Shown here: positions 10,594 to 18,806 of the stretch, piece by piece
Layout of the letters: every line of letters starts with the position of its first letter
Numbering within the stretch: position 1 is the stretch's first letter
Source: Chloroflexota bacterium
Lineage (GTDB): Bacteria > Chloroflexota > Limnocylindria > Limnocylindrales > CSP1-4
Direction: 5' to 3'
NCBI GenBank assembly: GCA_017881905.1
Contig: JADGQI010000172.1
Location: 6,841 to 70,840 of the forward strand
Length of the DNA stretch: 64,000 nt
Translations under genes and position numbers: made by a program
The notes under the pieces: generated by a model
What the model saw: only the letters and a program-made list of their open reading frames with translations
The model's database searches: none
Told to the model about the DNA's origin: nothing

Positions 10594-10781
10594 GCGGATG
10601 GCTCCGTGACGAGGGTCGGGGCGGACCTTCGATGGTACAGGAGCGCTCGTCCGGGGGCCGGTCCGCCGGCGCAGGGCTCGACCGGTCGCGTCGAGGGCGG
10701 CTCGGCTAGAATGCGCTCGTCGCCCAACCGAACCCTCGGTCTGCGGTCGCTGGCACTCACACGGAGGCAGGCAGCCCACGC

Positions 10782-11576
10782 ATGTCGGTCACGCGAACGC
10801 CGATGAAGCCGCCGGGGACCGCGGCACTCGGATTCGGAGCGACCTCGCGGCGGGACAGCTGGATCCGGTTCCCGAGCCTGGTCGGGATCGGGCTCGCCGC
10901 GTTCGTCGTCTACTCGCTCTTCTCGGCGTTCCTGTGGGGTCCGCTGTTCGGGGTCGGCTACGAGGCCGACGGCTATCTCTCGCCGTTCTTCTCGCCGCTC
11001 CTCGGGGTCGGCATCCTGCCGGCCTGGCTGTCTCCAGCGATCCTCATCCTGTGGATCCCGCTCGGGTTCCGGACGACCTGCTACGCGTTCCGGCGGGCGT
11101 ACTACCGGTCGTACTTCGCCGACCCGCCCGCCTGTGCCGTGGGTGAGCCGCGAGCCCACCGGCGCTACGCGATGGAGGCACGCTTCCCGTTCATCCTCCA
11201 GAACAGCCACCGGATCTTCCTGTACCTGCAGTTCATCCCGCTGACGTTCCTGTGGATCGATGCGATCCTGGCGCTCCACCCCGGGTCGACCTGGCGGCTG
11301 GGCCTGGGCAACGTGATCCTGTTCACGGACCTCATCCTGCTGACCGGCTTCTCGCTGTCATGCAACTCGCTCCGCCACTTCGCCGGCGGGAACCTCGACT
11401 GTTTCTCGTGCACCGCCCGGACGAGGGCGCGCCACAGCGTGTGGAAGCGGGTGACCGACCTCAACGGCCACCACATCGGTCTCGCCGCCTGGAGCCTGCT
11501 CGGGGTGGCAACGGCCGACCTGTACATCCGACTGCTTGCGGCGGGGGTGTTCATCGACCCGTCGATCCGGTTGTGA
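10782..11576 (+). CDS. succinate dehydrogenase membrane anchor / cytochrome b-like subunit (single-anchor Sdh type)
   Basis: ORF 10782..11576. Multi-TM hydrophobic protein placed immediately upstream of sdhA-sdhB, as in actinobacterial Sdh1-type operons. Confidence 0.55.
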   Translation: MSVTRTPMKPPGTAALGFGATSRRDSWIRFPSLVGIGLAAFVVYSLFSAFLWGPLFGVGYEADGYLSPFFSPLLGVGILPAWLSPAILILWIPLGFRTTCYAFRRAYYRSYFADPPACAVGEPRAHRRYAMEARFPFILQNSHRIFLYLQFIPLTFLWIDAILALHPGSTWRLGLGNVILFTDLILLTGFSLSCNSLRHFAGGNLDCFSCTARTRARHSVWKRVTDLNGHHIGLAAWSLLGVATADLYIRLLAAGVFIDPSIRL

Positions 11577-11589
11577 TCGGCGGTCAGCG

Positions 11590-13398
11590 GTGACCGGCGT
11601 CCCGGACCGGCACCCCCACGACGTCCTGGTGATCGGCGCGGGCGGTGCCGGGTTGCGCGCCGCGATCGCCGCCGCCGAGGCCGGAGCGGACGTCGGTCTC
11701 GTCTGCAAGTCGCTCCTCGGCAAGGCGCACACGGTGATGGCCGAGGGCGGCGTGGCGGCCTCCCTGCGCAACGCCGACGACCGGGATTCATGGCAGACCC
11801 ACTTCCGGGACACGATGGTCGGCGGCAAGCTGCTGAACAACCCGCGGATGGCCCAGCTGCACGCCCAGGAGGCACCCGACCGGGTGAACGAGCTCGAGGC
11901 GTGGGGCGCGGTGTTCGACCGGACCCGCGACGGCCGGATCCTCCAGCGGCCGTTCGGCGGGCACTCCTTTCCGCGCCTGGCCCACGTCGGCGACCGGACC
12001 GGCCTGGAGATGATCCGGACGCTCCAGGACCGGGCGGTCGCCGCCGGGATCAAGGTCTACATGGAGTGCACGGTCACTCACCTGTTGACCTGGACGGATC
12101 GCGTCCGCGGGGCCTTCGGCTACTGGCGGACGTCGGGCGAACCGGTCGTCTTCGCGGCGAAGGCGATCGTCCTGGCGACCGGCGGGATCGGGCGGGCGTT
12201 CGAGGTGACCTCGAACTCGTGGGAGCTGTCCGGCGACGGACAGGCCCTGGCCTACCTCGCGGGCGCCGAGCTGATCGACATGGAATTCGTCCAGTTCCAC
12301 CCGACCGGGATGGTCTGGCCACCGGGCGTCCGCGGCCTGCTCGTGACCGAAGCGGTCCGCGGCGAGGGCGGGATCCTGCGCAACCGGGACGGCGAACGGT
12401 TCATGTGGCGGTACCTCCCGGAGGACCGGCGCAACGAATACGCCGCGACCGACGAGGAGGCGTCGCGCTGGGTGGAGGCCCTCAGCGCGGGCCGCCAGAC
12501 GGACGCCCGACGGCCGCCCGAGCTGTCGACCCGGGACAACGTCGCCCGGGCGATCTACACCGAGGTCAAGGAGGGACGCGGGTCGCCCCACGGCGGCGTG
12601 TTCCTCGACATCAGCTACCTCCCGGCCGAGACCGTCCGACGCAAGCTGCCGTCGATGTACGACCAGTTCAAGGACCTGGCCGACGTGGACATCACCGCCG
12701 GTCCGATGGAGGTCGGGCCGACGACCCACTACATGATGGGCGGCATCCGGGTCGACCCGGAGACCGGCGCGACGACCCGGGCGGGTCTGTTCGCCGCCGG
12801 TGAGGTCGCCGGGGGGATGCACGGCGCGAACCGGCTGGGCGGCAACTCGCTATCCGACCTGCTCGTCTTCGGCCGACGGACCGGGGAAGCGGCGGCGGCC
12901 GAGGCGGCCGGGCAGGACGAGGTCCCGCAGGTCGATCCGGTCCAGATCCGCGCGGCGATGGACGATCTGGCCGCGCCGTTCGGGTCGGATCCGGGCGACG
13001 ACCCGCATCGCCTCCATGAAGAGCTCCAGGCGACGATGCAGTCGCTCGTCGGGATCTTCCGGACCGAAGCGGATCTCCACGAGGCGATCGGACGGCTGGC
13101 CGGCCTGCACGCTCGCTGGCCGTCGGTCCGGGTCTCCGGAGGCCGGACCTACAATCCCGGCTGGGGCCTCGTCTTCGAGCTTCGGAACATGCTCATCGTC
13201 GCCGAAGCGGTCGCCCGGAGCGCCCGCCAGCGGACCGAGAGTCGTGGCGCCCACAGCCGGATCGACTACCCCGACATCTCGCCGGCCTGGGGGCGGAAGA
13301 ACAGCGTCGTCCGTCGGGAGGGCGAGAAGATGAAGGTCACCTCGTCGCCACTGCCGTCCATGCCGGACGATCTCCGTCAACTCATCACGTCGGAGTGA
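11590..13398 (+). CDS. sdhA: succinate dehydrogenase / fumarate reductase flavoprotein subunit
   Basis: ORF 11536..13398. The FAD-binding motif VLVIGAGGAGLRAA and the HTVMAEGG and RSRGAH motifs are present. GTG start at 11590, just after the anchor gene's stop. Confidence 0.9.
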   Translation: MTGVPDRHPHDVLVIGAGGAGLRAAIAAAEAGADVGLVCKSLLGKAHTVMAEGGVAASLRNADDRDSWQTHFRDTMVGGKLLNNPRMAQLHAQEAPDRVNELEAWGAVFDRTRDGRILQRPFGGHSFPRLAHVGDRTGLEMIRTLQDRAVAAGIKVYMECTVTHLLTWTDRVRGAFGYWRTSGEPVVFAAKAIVLATGGIGRAFEVTSNSWELSGDGQALAYLAGAELIDMEFVQFHPTGMVWPPGVRGLLVTEAVRGEGGILRNRDGERFMWRYLPEDRRNEYAATDEEASRWVEALSAGRQTDARRPPELSTRDNVARAIYTEVKEGRGSPHGGVFLDISYLPAETVRRKLPSMYDQFKDLADVDITAGPMEVGPTTHYMMGGIRVDPETGATTRAGLFAAGEVAGGMHGANRLGGNSLSDLLVFGRRTGEAAAAEAAGQDEVPQVDPVQIRAAMDDLAAPFGSDPGDDPHRLHEELQATMQSLVGIFRTEADLHEAIGRLAGLHARWPSVRVSGGRTYNPGWGLVFELRNMLIVAEAVARSARQRTESRGAHSRIDYPDISPAWGRKNSVVRREGEKMKVTSSPLPSMPDDLRQLITSE

Positions 13399-13402
13399 TC
13401 GG

Positions 13403-14242
13403 ATGCCACTGGTCCACCTGAACGTCTTCCGCGGCACGCCCCAGACCGAGGGCGGATATGTCGGCTATGACGTTCCCGTCGAGGAGGGCATGGTCGTCCT
13501 CGACGCACTCCACTGGATCCAGGCCAACGAGGCGCCGGACCTCGCGGTCCGCTGGAACTGCAAGGCGGCCAAGTGCGGGTCCTGCGGCTGCGAGATCAAC
13601 GGCAAGCCGAGCCTCGCGTGCAAGACGCGCATGTCGGACTTCGGTCCCGACGAGGCGATCACGGTCGAGCCGCTCCGGACGTTCCCGCTCGTCCGCGACC
13701 TGGTCACGGACGTGTCCTGGAACTACGAGGTCAACAAGCGGATCACGCCGTTCACGCCGCCGACCGACGGCGACCAGGCCGACTGGCGCTGGCAGCAGGA
13801 GGACATCGAGCGCGTCCAGGAGTTCCGCAAGTGCATCGAGTGCTTCCTGTGCCAGGACGTCTGCCACGTCCTGCGGAACCATGAGACGGATCGGCCGTTC
13901 GTGGGTCCGCGCTTCCTCGTCCGGACCGCAGGTCTCGAGATGCATCCGATCGACCAGGCCGACCGGACGGCCGATCTCAAGGACGGCGGGGTCGGCTACT
14001 GCAACATCACGAAATGCTGCACCGAGGTCTGTCCCGAGCACATCCGGATCACCGATAACGCGATCATCCCGCTCAAAGAGCGGGTCGCGGACCGCTACTA
14101 CGACCCGATCCAGATCGCCTGGCGGAAGATCCGCGGCGGCCGTTCGGGGACGGGCGGGGGATCCCGCGCGGGCGAGAGCCTGCCGGTCCTGCCAGGGGGC
14201 TCCTCGACGGGTTCGCCGCCTTCGGACGGAGCCGGCAGCTGA
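13403..14242 (+). CDS. sdhB: succinate dehydrogenase iron-sulfur subunit
   Basis: ORF 13403..14242. 2Fe-2S (CKAAKCGSCGCEING) and 4Fe/3Fe (CIECFLCQDVC, CTEVCPE) cysteine clusters are present. Confidence 0.9.
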   Translation: MPLVHLNVFRGTPQTEGGYVGYDVPVEEGMVVLDALHWIQANEAPDLAVRWNCKAAKCGSCGCEINGKPSLACKTRMSDFGPDEAITVEPLRTFPLVRDLVTDVSWNYEVNKRITPFTPPTDGDQADWRWQQEDIERVQEFRKCIECFLCQDVCHVLRNHETDRPFVGPRFLVRTAGLEMHPIDQADRTADLKDGGVGYCNITKCCTEVCPEHIRITDNAIIPLKERVADRYYDPIQIAWRKIRGGRSGTGGGSRAGESLPVLPGGSSTGSPPSDGAGS

Positions 14243-14382
14243 GCCGAGACGAGCGCGAGCCGGACCCGACCTTCTGGCCGCCACCCCAGGAGGTCGTCGC
14301 CGACGAGGCCGGCTGGGATCCAAAGCCGACGCGGACGCGTGCCGGGAGCGCCGGGCAGGAGGCGGGGCAGGCGAGCGCCGGG

Positions 14383-14847
14383 CTGCGGCTGATCGTCCGG
14401 ACCGACGGCGCCGCACGATCGAATCCGGGTCCGGCCTCAGCCGGGGCGGTCCTCATCGACGCCGCGCAGCACGGAGCGCGTGAGCCGTTGGCCCGCCCGC
14501 TGGCCACGATCTCGGACTACCTCGGGATCCAGACGAATAACGTCGCCGAGTACACCGCGGTCGTCCGGGCGCTGGGCCTGGCCGCCGAGCTGGGCGCCGT
14601 CGAGGTCAATCTGATGCTCGATTCGAAGCTCATCGTCGAGCAGGTGCACGGGCGCTGGCGGGTCAAGGACGCCAAGCTGCAGCCGCTCCATGCCGAGGTC
14701 CGTCGACTCCTCGGCGGCTTCCGAGGATGGACCGCCGTCCACGTGCGCCGCGCCCAGAACGGCGCCGCCGACGCCCTGTGCAACGAGGCGATCGATCGCG
14801 CCCTGGCCGGCGGCCCGGCCTCGGTCGTCCATCGTCCTGGGGCGTGA
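14383..14847 (+). CDS. rnhA: ribonuclease HI; the 5' boundary is unresolved because the conserved N-terminus has no canonical start codon
   Basis: The RNase H fold starts at LIVRTDGAARSNPGPASAGAVLID and continues in frame into track ORF 14488..14847 (NVAEYTAVVRALGLAAE...). That ORF begins only at a TTG because no ATG/GTG/TTG occurs earlier in frame. The listed 5' end at 14383 is a CTG guess. Confidence 0.65.
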   Translation: MRLIVRTDGAARSNPGPASAGAVLIDAAQHGAREPLARPLATISDYLGIQTNNVAEYTAVVRALGLAAELGAVEVNLMLDSKLIVEQVHGRWRVKDAKLQPLHAEVRRLLGGFRGWTAVHVRRAQNGAADALCNEAIDRALAGGPASVVHRPGA

Positions 14848-14914
14848 CCGGCGACGTCGCAAGGCCCGGAAGCGCGATCGGGCAAGAGCGCGTACGCCGG
14901 GCGCTATCATCGTC

Positions 14915-15280
14915 GGGTCAGCGAGGCGGCCGGACGGTCGCGCGCCGGGCCGGCCCGTCCGACCCGGCTCGAGGAAAGTCCGAGCTCCGCAGCGCAGGGT
15001 AGCGGGTAACGCCCGTCCGCCGTGAGGCGAGGACCAGTGCCACAGAGACGAGTCCGGCGGCTTCGGCCGGCGGGGTGAAACGCGGCAAACTCTACTCGGA
15101 GCAAGGCCAAATAGGAGGGCGCAACCCGGCGTCGCCGCAAGGCGACGGTGGGGGAGAGGTGCGCTGCCCAGCCCTCGGGTCGGCCGCATGAACCGCCGGG
15201 CGACCGGCGGTCGAGATGGATGACCGTCCTCGCGAGCGATCGCGGGACAGAACTCGGCTTACAGGCCGCCTCGCTGACGT
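14915..15280 (+). ncRNA. rnpB: RNase P RNA, bacterial type A
   Basis: The P4 and conserved regions are present: GGAAAGTCCGAGCTCC, CAGGGTAGCGGGTAACGCCCGTCC, GGTGAAACGCGGCAAACTCTACTCGGAGCAAGGCCAAATAGGAGG, ACAGAACTCGGCTTACAGGCC. The P1 helix pairs the 5' end GTCAGCGAGGCGGCC (~14917) with the 3' end GGCCGCCTCGCTGAC (~15264-15278). A TATCAT -10 element sits ~7 nt upstream. Confidence 0.85.
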
Positions 15281-15317
15281 TCCCCGCGCCGACCCGCGAT
15301 CCCCGACCAGGTGCGGG

Positions 15318-15560
15318 TCAGTCCTCGTCCGGTCGGAAGATGTGCGCGGCCGTGCAGGCGTTGCAGATCGGCGTCGCCGAGTCGAGGTCGCCCAGCGGCA
15401 GCGGCAGCTGGCGCTCGGGGAAGAGACACTCCACCTCGTACATCCGCTCACGGGCGGCGTCGATGGCGATCAGCCGACGGTACGTGCAGCGCTTGATCCG
15501 CGCCTCGGCGAGGTGGTAGGAGTCGCGCTCGGGCGATGCGATCGGCAGCTGGATGGCCAT
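15318..15560 (-). CDS. small conserved Cys4 protein (80 aa; possible zinc-ribbon)
   Basis: ORF 15318..15623 with an internal ATG at 15560 (MAIQLPIASPERDSYHLAEARIKRCTYRR...CLFPER...CNAC). Four Cys residues arranged as C-x19-C-x24-C-x2-C. Confidence 0.5.
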   Translation of the reverse strand: MAIQLPIASPERDSYHLAEARIKRCTYRRLIAIDAARERMYEVECLFPERQLPLPLGDLDSATPICNACTAAHIFRPDED

Positions 15561-15712
15561 CGAGCTGAGGGGTCCTCGAACGTGCAGGCGGTCGGGTCGA
15601 CCGTCGGTGGCGGAGCCTAGCACCCCGTCGCAAGCCCCGGCAACGGGCGAAAGGTACTAGACTCCCGCCGTCGTCGGGACCCGACGTCGAGCGCCGAGGC
15701 GCCAGGAGGACC

Positions 15713-16765
15713 GTGGCCGACCCGATCGAGGACGCCGCCCGACCCGTCGTCGAACCGTCGACGAGCCAGGTCCGGTGCCCCCTGCTGGTCATCCCCCGGT
15801 CGACACCGGGTGGGTCCGATCGGACGTCCGAACCAGATCCTCGGCTGGCCGATCCGGGAGCGGCGCCCGACCCGCCCGCTGCCGCGCCCGGAGTCGCGGT
15901 CGACCCCGTGATCCCGAGCACGGCCAACCGGTGCGCGGCTTCGGTGCCGCCGGCGGTCGTCTCGCTCGGCCAGCAGCGCCTCGTCTGCTTCGACCAGGGT
16001 CACCTCGACTGCCCCCGATTCGTCCGGGCGATGGGGTCGCCGCGGGGCGCCAGCGGCCGCTCCGGCCGCCCGCTCGCCACGGTCCCCGTGGCCGTCGCCA
16101 CGGTCCAAGCGGTCGCCGCGACCCCGGCCGGCCCCAAGATCGAGGAGCCCGGGTCGACCGCGGTCGGTCCGGCGAACGACTCGAACGCTGCGCCGATCAT
16201 CCCGGTCGCGCCGGTCGTCCGGAGCACGCGTCGGAGCGGTGCGAGGCGAGCCGGGTCGAGGCCTCGGCCGATCGTCGTGGCCAGCGGGATCCTGGTGGCA
16301 GCTCTGATCGTCGCCTTCGCGTTCACCTCGTTACGCGGCGGGCTCGCGCTGCCGTCGGTCGGAGCGAGCGCTGGAGCGGAGGTGGTTCAGAGCCCGCCCG
16401 GGTCCACTGCGGCGGTGAGCCCGGCCGCGAGCCCGGTCGTCAGTCCGTCGATCGAGGCGTCCTTCGGACCGAGCCCGACGCCGAGCCCGTCGCCAAGCCC
16501 GTCGCCGAGCCCGTCGCCGAGCCCGTCACCGTCACCGAGCGCGACCCCGGCGGCCTCGCTCCCGGCGGCGTACGTCGGCCTCAAGCCCTGTCCCGATGCG
16601 CCGGACTGCTACCTGTACCGGATCCATCCGGGTGACAACCTGACCGCGATCGCCAAGCGGTTCGGGATCACCGTGACGGCGCTCAAGGCCGCGAACCCGG
16701 AGATCAAGGACCCGAGCCTGCTCCACGTCGGCGACAAGATCAGGGTCCCGCTGCCCCCGTCCTGA
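15713..16765 (+). CDS. LysM domain membrane protein: Cys-containing N-terminal domain, one TM helix, (Ser-Pro)n linker, C-terminal LysM
   Basis: ORF 15713..16765. TM segment IVVASGILVAALIVAFAFTS. PSPSPSPSPS... linker. LysM domain YRIHPGDNLTAIAKRFGITVTALKAANPEIKDPSLLHVGDKIRVP. GTG start preceded by AGGAGG. Confidence 0.75.
   Translation: MADPIEDAARPVVEPSTSQVRCPLLVIPRSTPGGSDRTSEPDPRLADPGAAPDPPAAAPGVAVDPVIPSTANRCAASVPPAVVSLGQQRLVCFDQGHLDCPRFVRAMGSPRGASGRSGRPLATVPVAVATVQAVAATPAGPKIEEPGSTAVGPANDSNAAPIIPVAPVVRSTRRSGARRAGSRPRPIVVASGILVAALIVAFAFTSLRGGLALPSVGASAGAEVVQSPPGSTAAVSPAASPVVSPSIEASFGPSPTPSPSPSPSPSPSPSPSPSPSATPAASLPAAYVGLKPCPDAPDCYLYRIHPGDNLTAIAKRFGITVTALKAANPEIKDPSLLHVGDKIRVPLPPS
16469..16540 (+). 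repeat. tandem ~12-nt repeat (CCGAGCCCGTCG)n encoding (PS)n, inside the LysM gene
   Basis: Read directly from the sequence: ccgagcccgacg ccgagcccgtcg ccaagcccgtcg ccgagcccgtcg ccgagcccgtca ccgtcaccgagc. Confidence 0.7.
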
Positions 16766-16879
16766 CGCCCCCCGCGGCCCGTGGGACGGTGTCGCCAGCC
16801 GGCGGATCGGCGCCGGCCCATCGGGAACCGATCCGTCCCGCCTCGAGCCCTCACCCCTGTTCCCGCCGCGTTTCCGGCA

Positions 16880-16945
16880 TTGACGGGACCGCTTCGTCAT
16901 GTAGAATGCGCCGAAGTGGCACGAAGTGGTGTCAAGTGGGGAGCA
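16880..16945 (+). promoter_or_regulatory. mraZ/dcw promoter (TTGACG-N16-TAGAAT) followed by three 10-bp-phased AAGTGG direct repeats (MraZ boxes)
   Basis: -35 TTGACG at 16880-85, -10 TAGAAT at 16902-07. AAGTGG repeats at 16914-19, 16924-29 and 16934-39 with exact 10-nt spacing. These lie ~130 nt upstream of the mraZ start. Confidence 0.6.
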
Positions 16946-17072
16946 GTACCATCACCCACGACCCCTTCGATCCCGGCCACATCGCCGCCCCAGACCCACG
17001 CGACGCAGCCGCCCGCTCACCAGCCGCCCAGACCGACGGGGCGAACCGACAGCGCTAGGGGTAGTCCGACAG

Positions 17073-17501
17073 GTGTTCACCGGCGAGTACCGGCACTCGG
17101 TGGACGACAAGGGACGGATCTCCGTCCCCGCGAAGTTCCGCCTGCAGCTTGACGGCGGGGCCTATCTGGCCCGCTGGGTCGACGCCTGCCTGGCGATCTT
17201 CCCCAAGGCGGAGTTCGAGGAGCTGGCCGGCAAGGTCGGCGGTCTGGGCATCGCCGACGCATCCGCCCGGACGTTCAGCCGGGCGTTGTTCGCCAGCGCC
17301 TACGAGGTCGAGCTCGATCGCCAGGGTCGGGTCGTCGTTCCGGCGTCGCTGCGCGACCTCCTCGGGCTGGCCGGCGACGCCGTGATCGTCGGGGCCCGCG
17401 ACCACGCCGAGATCTGGGCGCCGGCCGCCTGGGACGACTACCGCAAGGCGATGGCGGCACCTGATGCCCTCGCCGCTCACCTGACCGGTCTTGGGATCTG
17501 A
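17073..17501 (+). CDS. mraZ: transcriptional regulator MraZ
   Basis: ORF 16926..17501. The GTG at 17073 gives VFTGEYRHSVDDKGRISVPAKFR, the classic MraZ N-terminus (MFLGxxxxxLDxKGRxxxPAKFR). Two SpoVT/AbrB-like halves. Confidence 0.85.
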   Translation: MFTGEYRHSVDDKGRISVPAKFRLQLDGGAYLARWVDACLAIFPKAEFEELAGKVGGLGIADASARTFSRALFASAYEVELDRQGRVVVPASLRDLLGLAGDAVIVGARDHAEIWAPAAWDDYRKAMAAPDALAAHLTGLGI

Positions 17502-17590
17502 GGCCGGATCGGACAACCCCGGGCCGTGACCGGCCCCACCACATGCGCTTCCAGGGTCCGTTCGGGATCCGCAATCGAACGGGAGACGAG

Positions 17591-18532
17591 ATGAAGGAAG
17601 GGCACCTTCCGGTGCTGGCAGAGGAGGTCTTGACGCTACTCGCGCCAGCTTCCGGCAGCCTTCAGATCGACACCACGCTCGGCGGCGGTGGGCACACCGA
17701 ACGGATCCTGGGAGCGACAGATCCTGATGGCCGCCTCCTCGGTCTCGACGCCGATGGGGCGGCCATCGCCAGGGTCCGGGACCGCCTCGCCGCCCGGTTC
17801 GGCGATCGGCTGGTCCTGCGCCAGGCGAACTTCCGCGAGCTGGCCAGCGTCGCCCCCGCAGCGGGCTTCCCGGCCGTCGACGGCATGCTCTTCGATCTCG
17901 GCCTGTCGAGCTTCCAGCTGGCGGACACCGGGCGCGGGTTCGGCATCCGGGCGGGCGGGCCGCTCGACATGCGCTTCGATCCGAACGTCGGCGTCCCGGC
18001 CTCCGAGCTGTTGGCGACCCTCGACGCCCGGGAGCTCGCCGCCCTGTTCCGCCGCTACGGCGAGGAACCACAAGCCGGGCGGATCGCGCGAGCCATCGTC
18101 GAGGCCAGGCGGACCGCGCCGGTCGAGACATCGGAGGACCTCGCGGAGCTCGTCGAGCGCATCGCGTCCGGCGCTCCCGGTCGGCGCCGGATCCACCCCG
18201 CGACGAGGGTGTTCCAGGCGCTCCGGATCGCCGTCAACGCCGAGCTCGACGCCCTGGCGATCGGCCTCGCGTCGGCGGTCGACCTCCTCCGTCCCGGCGG
18301 ACGCCTCGTCGTCCTGAGCTACCACTCGCTCGAGGACCGCATCGTCAAGCGGTTCCTCGACGCCGAACGGAAGGGCTGCATCTGCCCACCGTCGGTGCCC
18401 GTCTGCGTCTGCGGGCGGACGCCCAGATTGCGCCTGCTGACCAGGTCACTGACCGCCGGCCCGGCCGAGCTGGCCGCCAACCCACGTGCTCGCAGCGCCC
18501 GCCTGCGCGCCGCCGAACGGATCGCCGCGTAG
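17591..18532 (+). CDS. rsmH: 16S rRNA m4C1402 methyltransferase RsmH (MraW)
   Basis: ORF 17543..18532. ATG at 17591 (MKEGHLPVLAEEVL...). SAM-binding motifs are present, and the dcw position is canonical. Confidence 0.9.
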   Translation: MKEGHLPVLAEEVLTLLAPASGSLQIDTTLGGGGHTERILGATDPDGRLLGLDADGAAIARVRDRLAARFGDRLVLRQANFRELASVAPAAGFPAVDGMLFDLGLSSFQLADTGRGFGIRAGGPLDMRFDPNVGVPASELLATLDARELAALFRRYGEEPQAGRIARAIVEARRTAPVETSEDLAELVERIASGAPGRRRIHPATRVFQALRIAVNAELDALAIGLASAVDLLRPGGRLVVLSYHSLEDRIVKRFLDAERKGCICPPSVPVCVCGRTPRLRLLTRSLTAGPAELAANPRARSARLRAAERIAA

Positions 18533-18608
18533 CGCCCGAGGCGCCGACCGGGTCGACCGAACCCGGACCCGCACCCGACGACCCATCTCACGGAAGGAGG
18601 AGAGACCT

Positions 18609-18806
18609 TTGAGCAAGCGCCACCAGTCCAGCCGCCGCCGCGCCTACGGTCGGCGCCAGCACGAGCTGCGCGAGCGGACGGAGCGCATCCAGCCGACCGA
18701 TGAGACCGAGTACGGCACGCAGACCGCGGAGGTCGATAGCGACGGCTTCTCCTTCATGGATCTCGACCTGTCGGGACGCCGCCTCAGCTTCGCGGTCGGC
18801 GACTAG
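18609..18806 (+). CDS. hypothetical small protein (65 aa) inside the dcw cluster between rsmH and ftsL
   Basis: TTG start at 18609 preceded by GGAAGGAGG with 8-nt spacing, the best SD in the window. Basic N-terminal half (RRRAYGRRQHELRERTER) and acidic C-terminal half. Its stop overlaps the ftsL-like GTG start. Frame from the track ORF 18486..18806, aa index 41. Confidence 0.4.
   Translation: MSKRHQSSRRRAYGRRQHELRERTERIQPTDETEYGTQTAEVDSDGFSFMDLDLSGRRLSFAVGD

Noticed and set aside
14437-15189. Protein ORFs overlapping rnpB on both strands (14437..15189, 14690..15025, 14907..15140, 15092..15451)
   Set aside because: The region is explained by a canonical RNase P RNA.
16469-16540. CRISPR-like array
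   Set aside because: The 12-nt units are contiguous with no spacers and sit in frame inside a gene, encoding (PS)n. This is a coding tandem repeat, not a CRISPR array. No CRISPR arrays, transposases or integrases were seen anywhere in the window.
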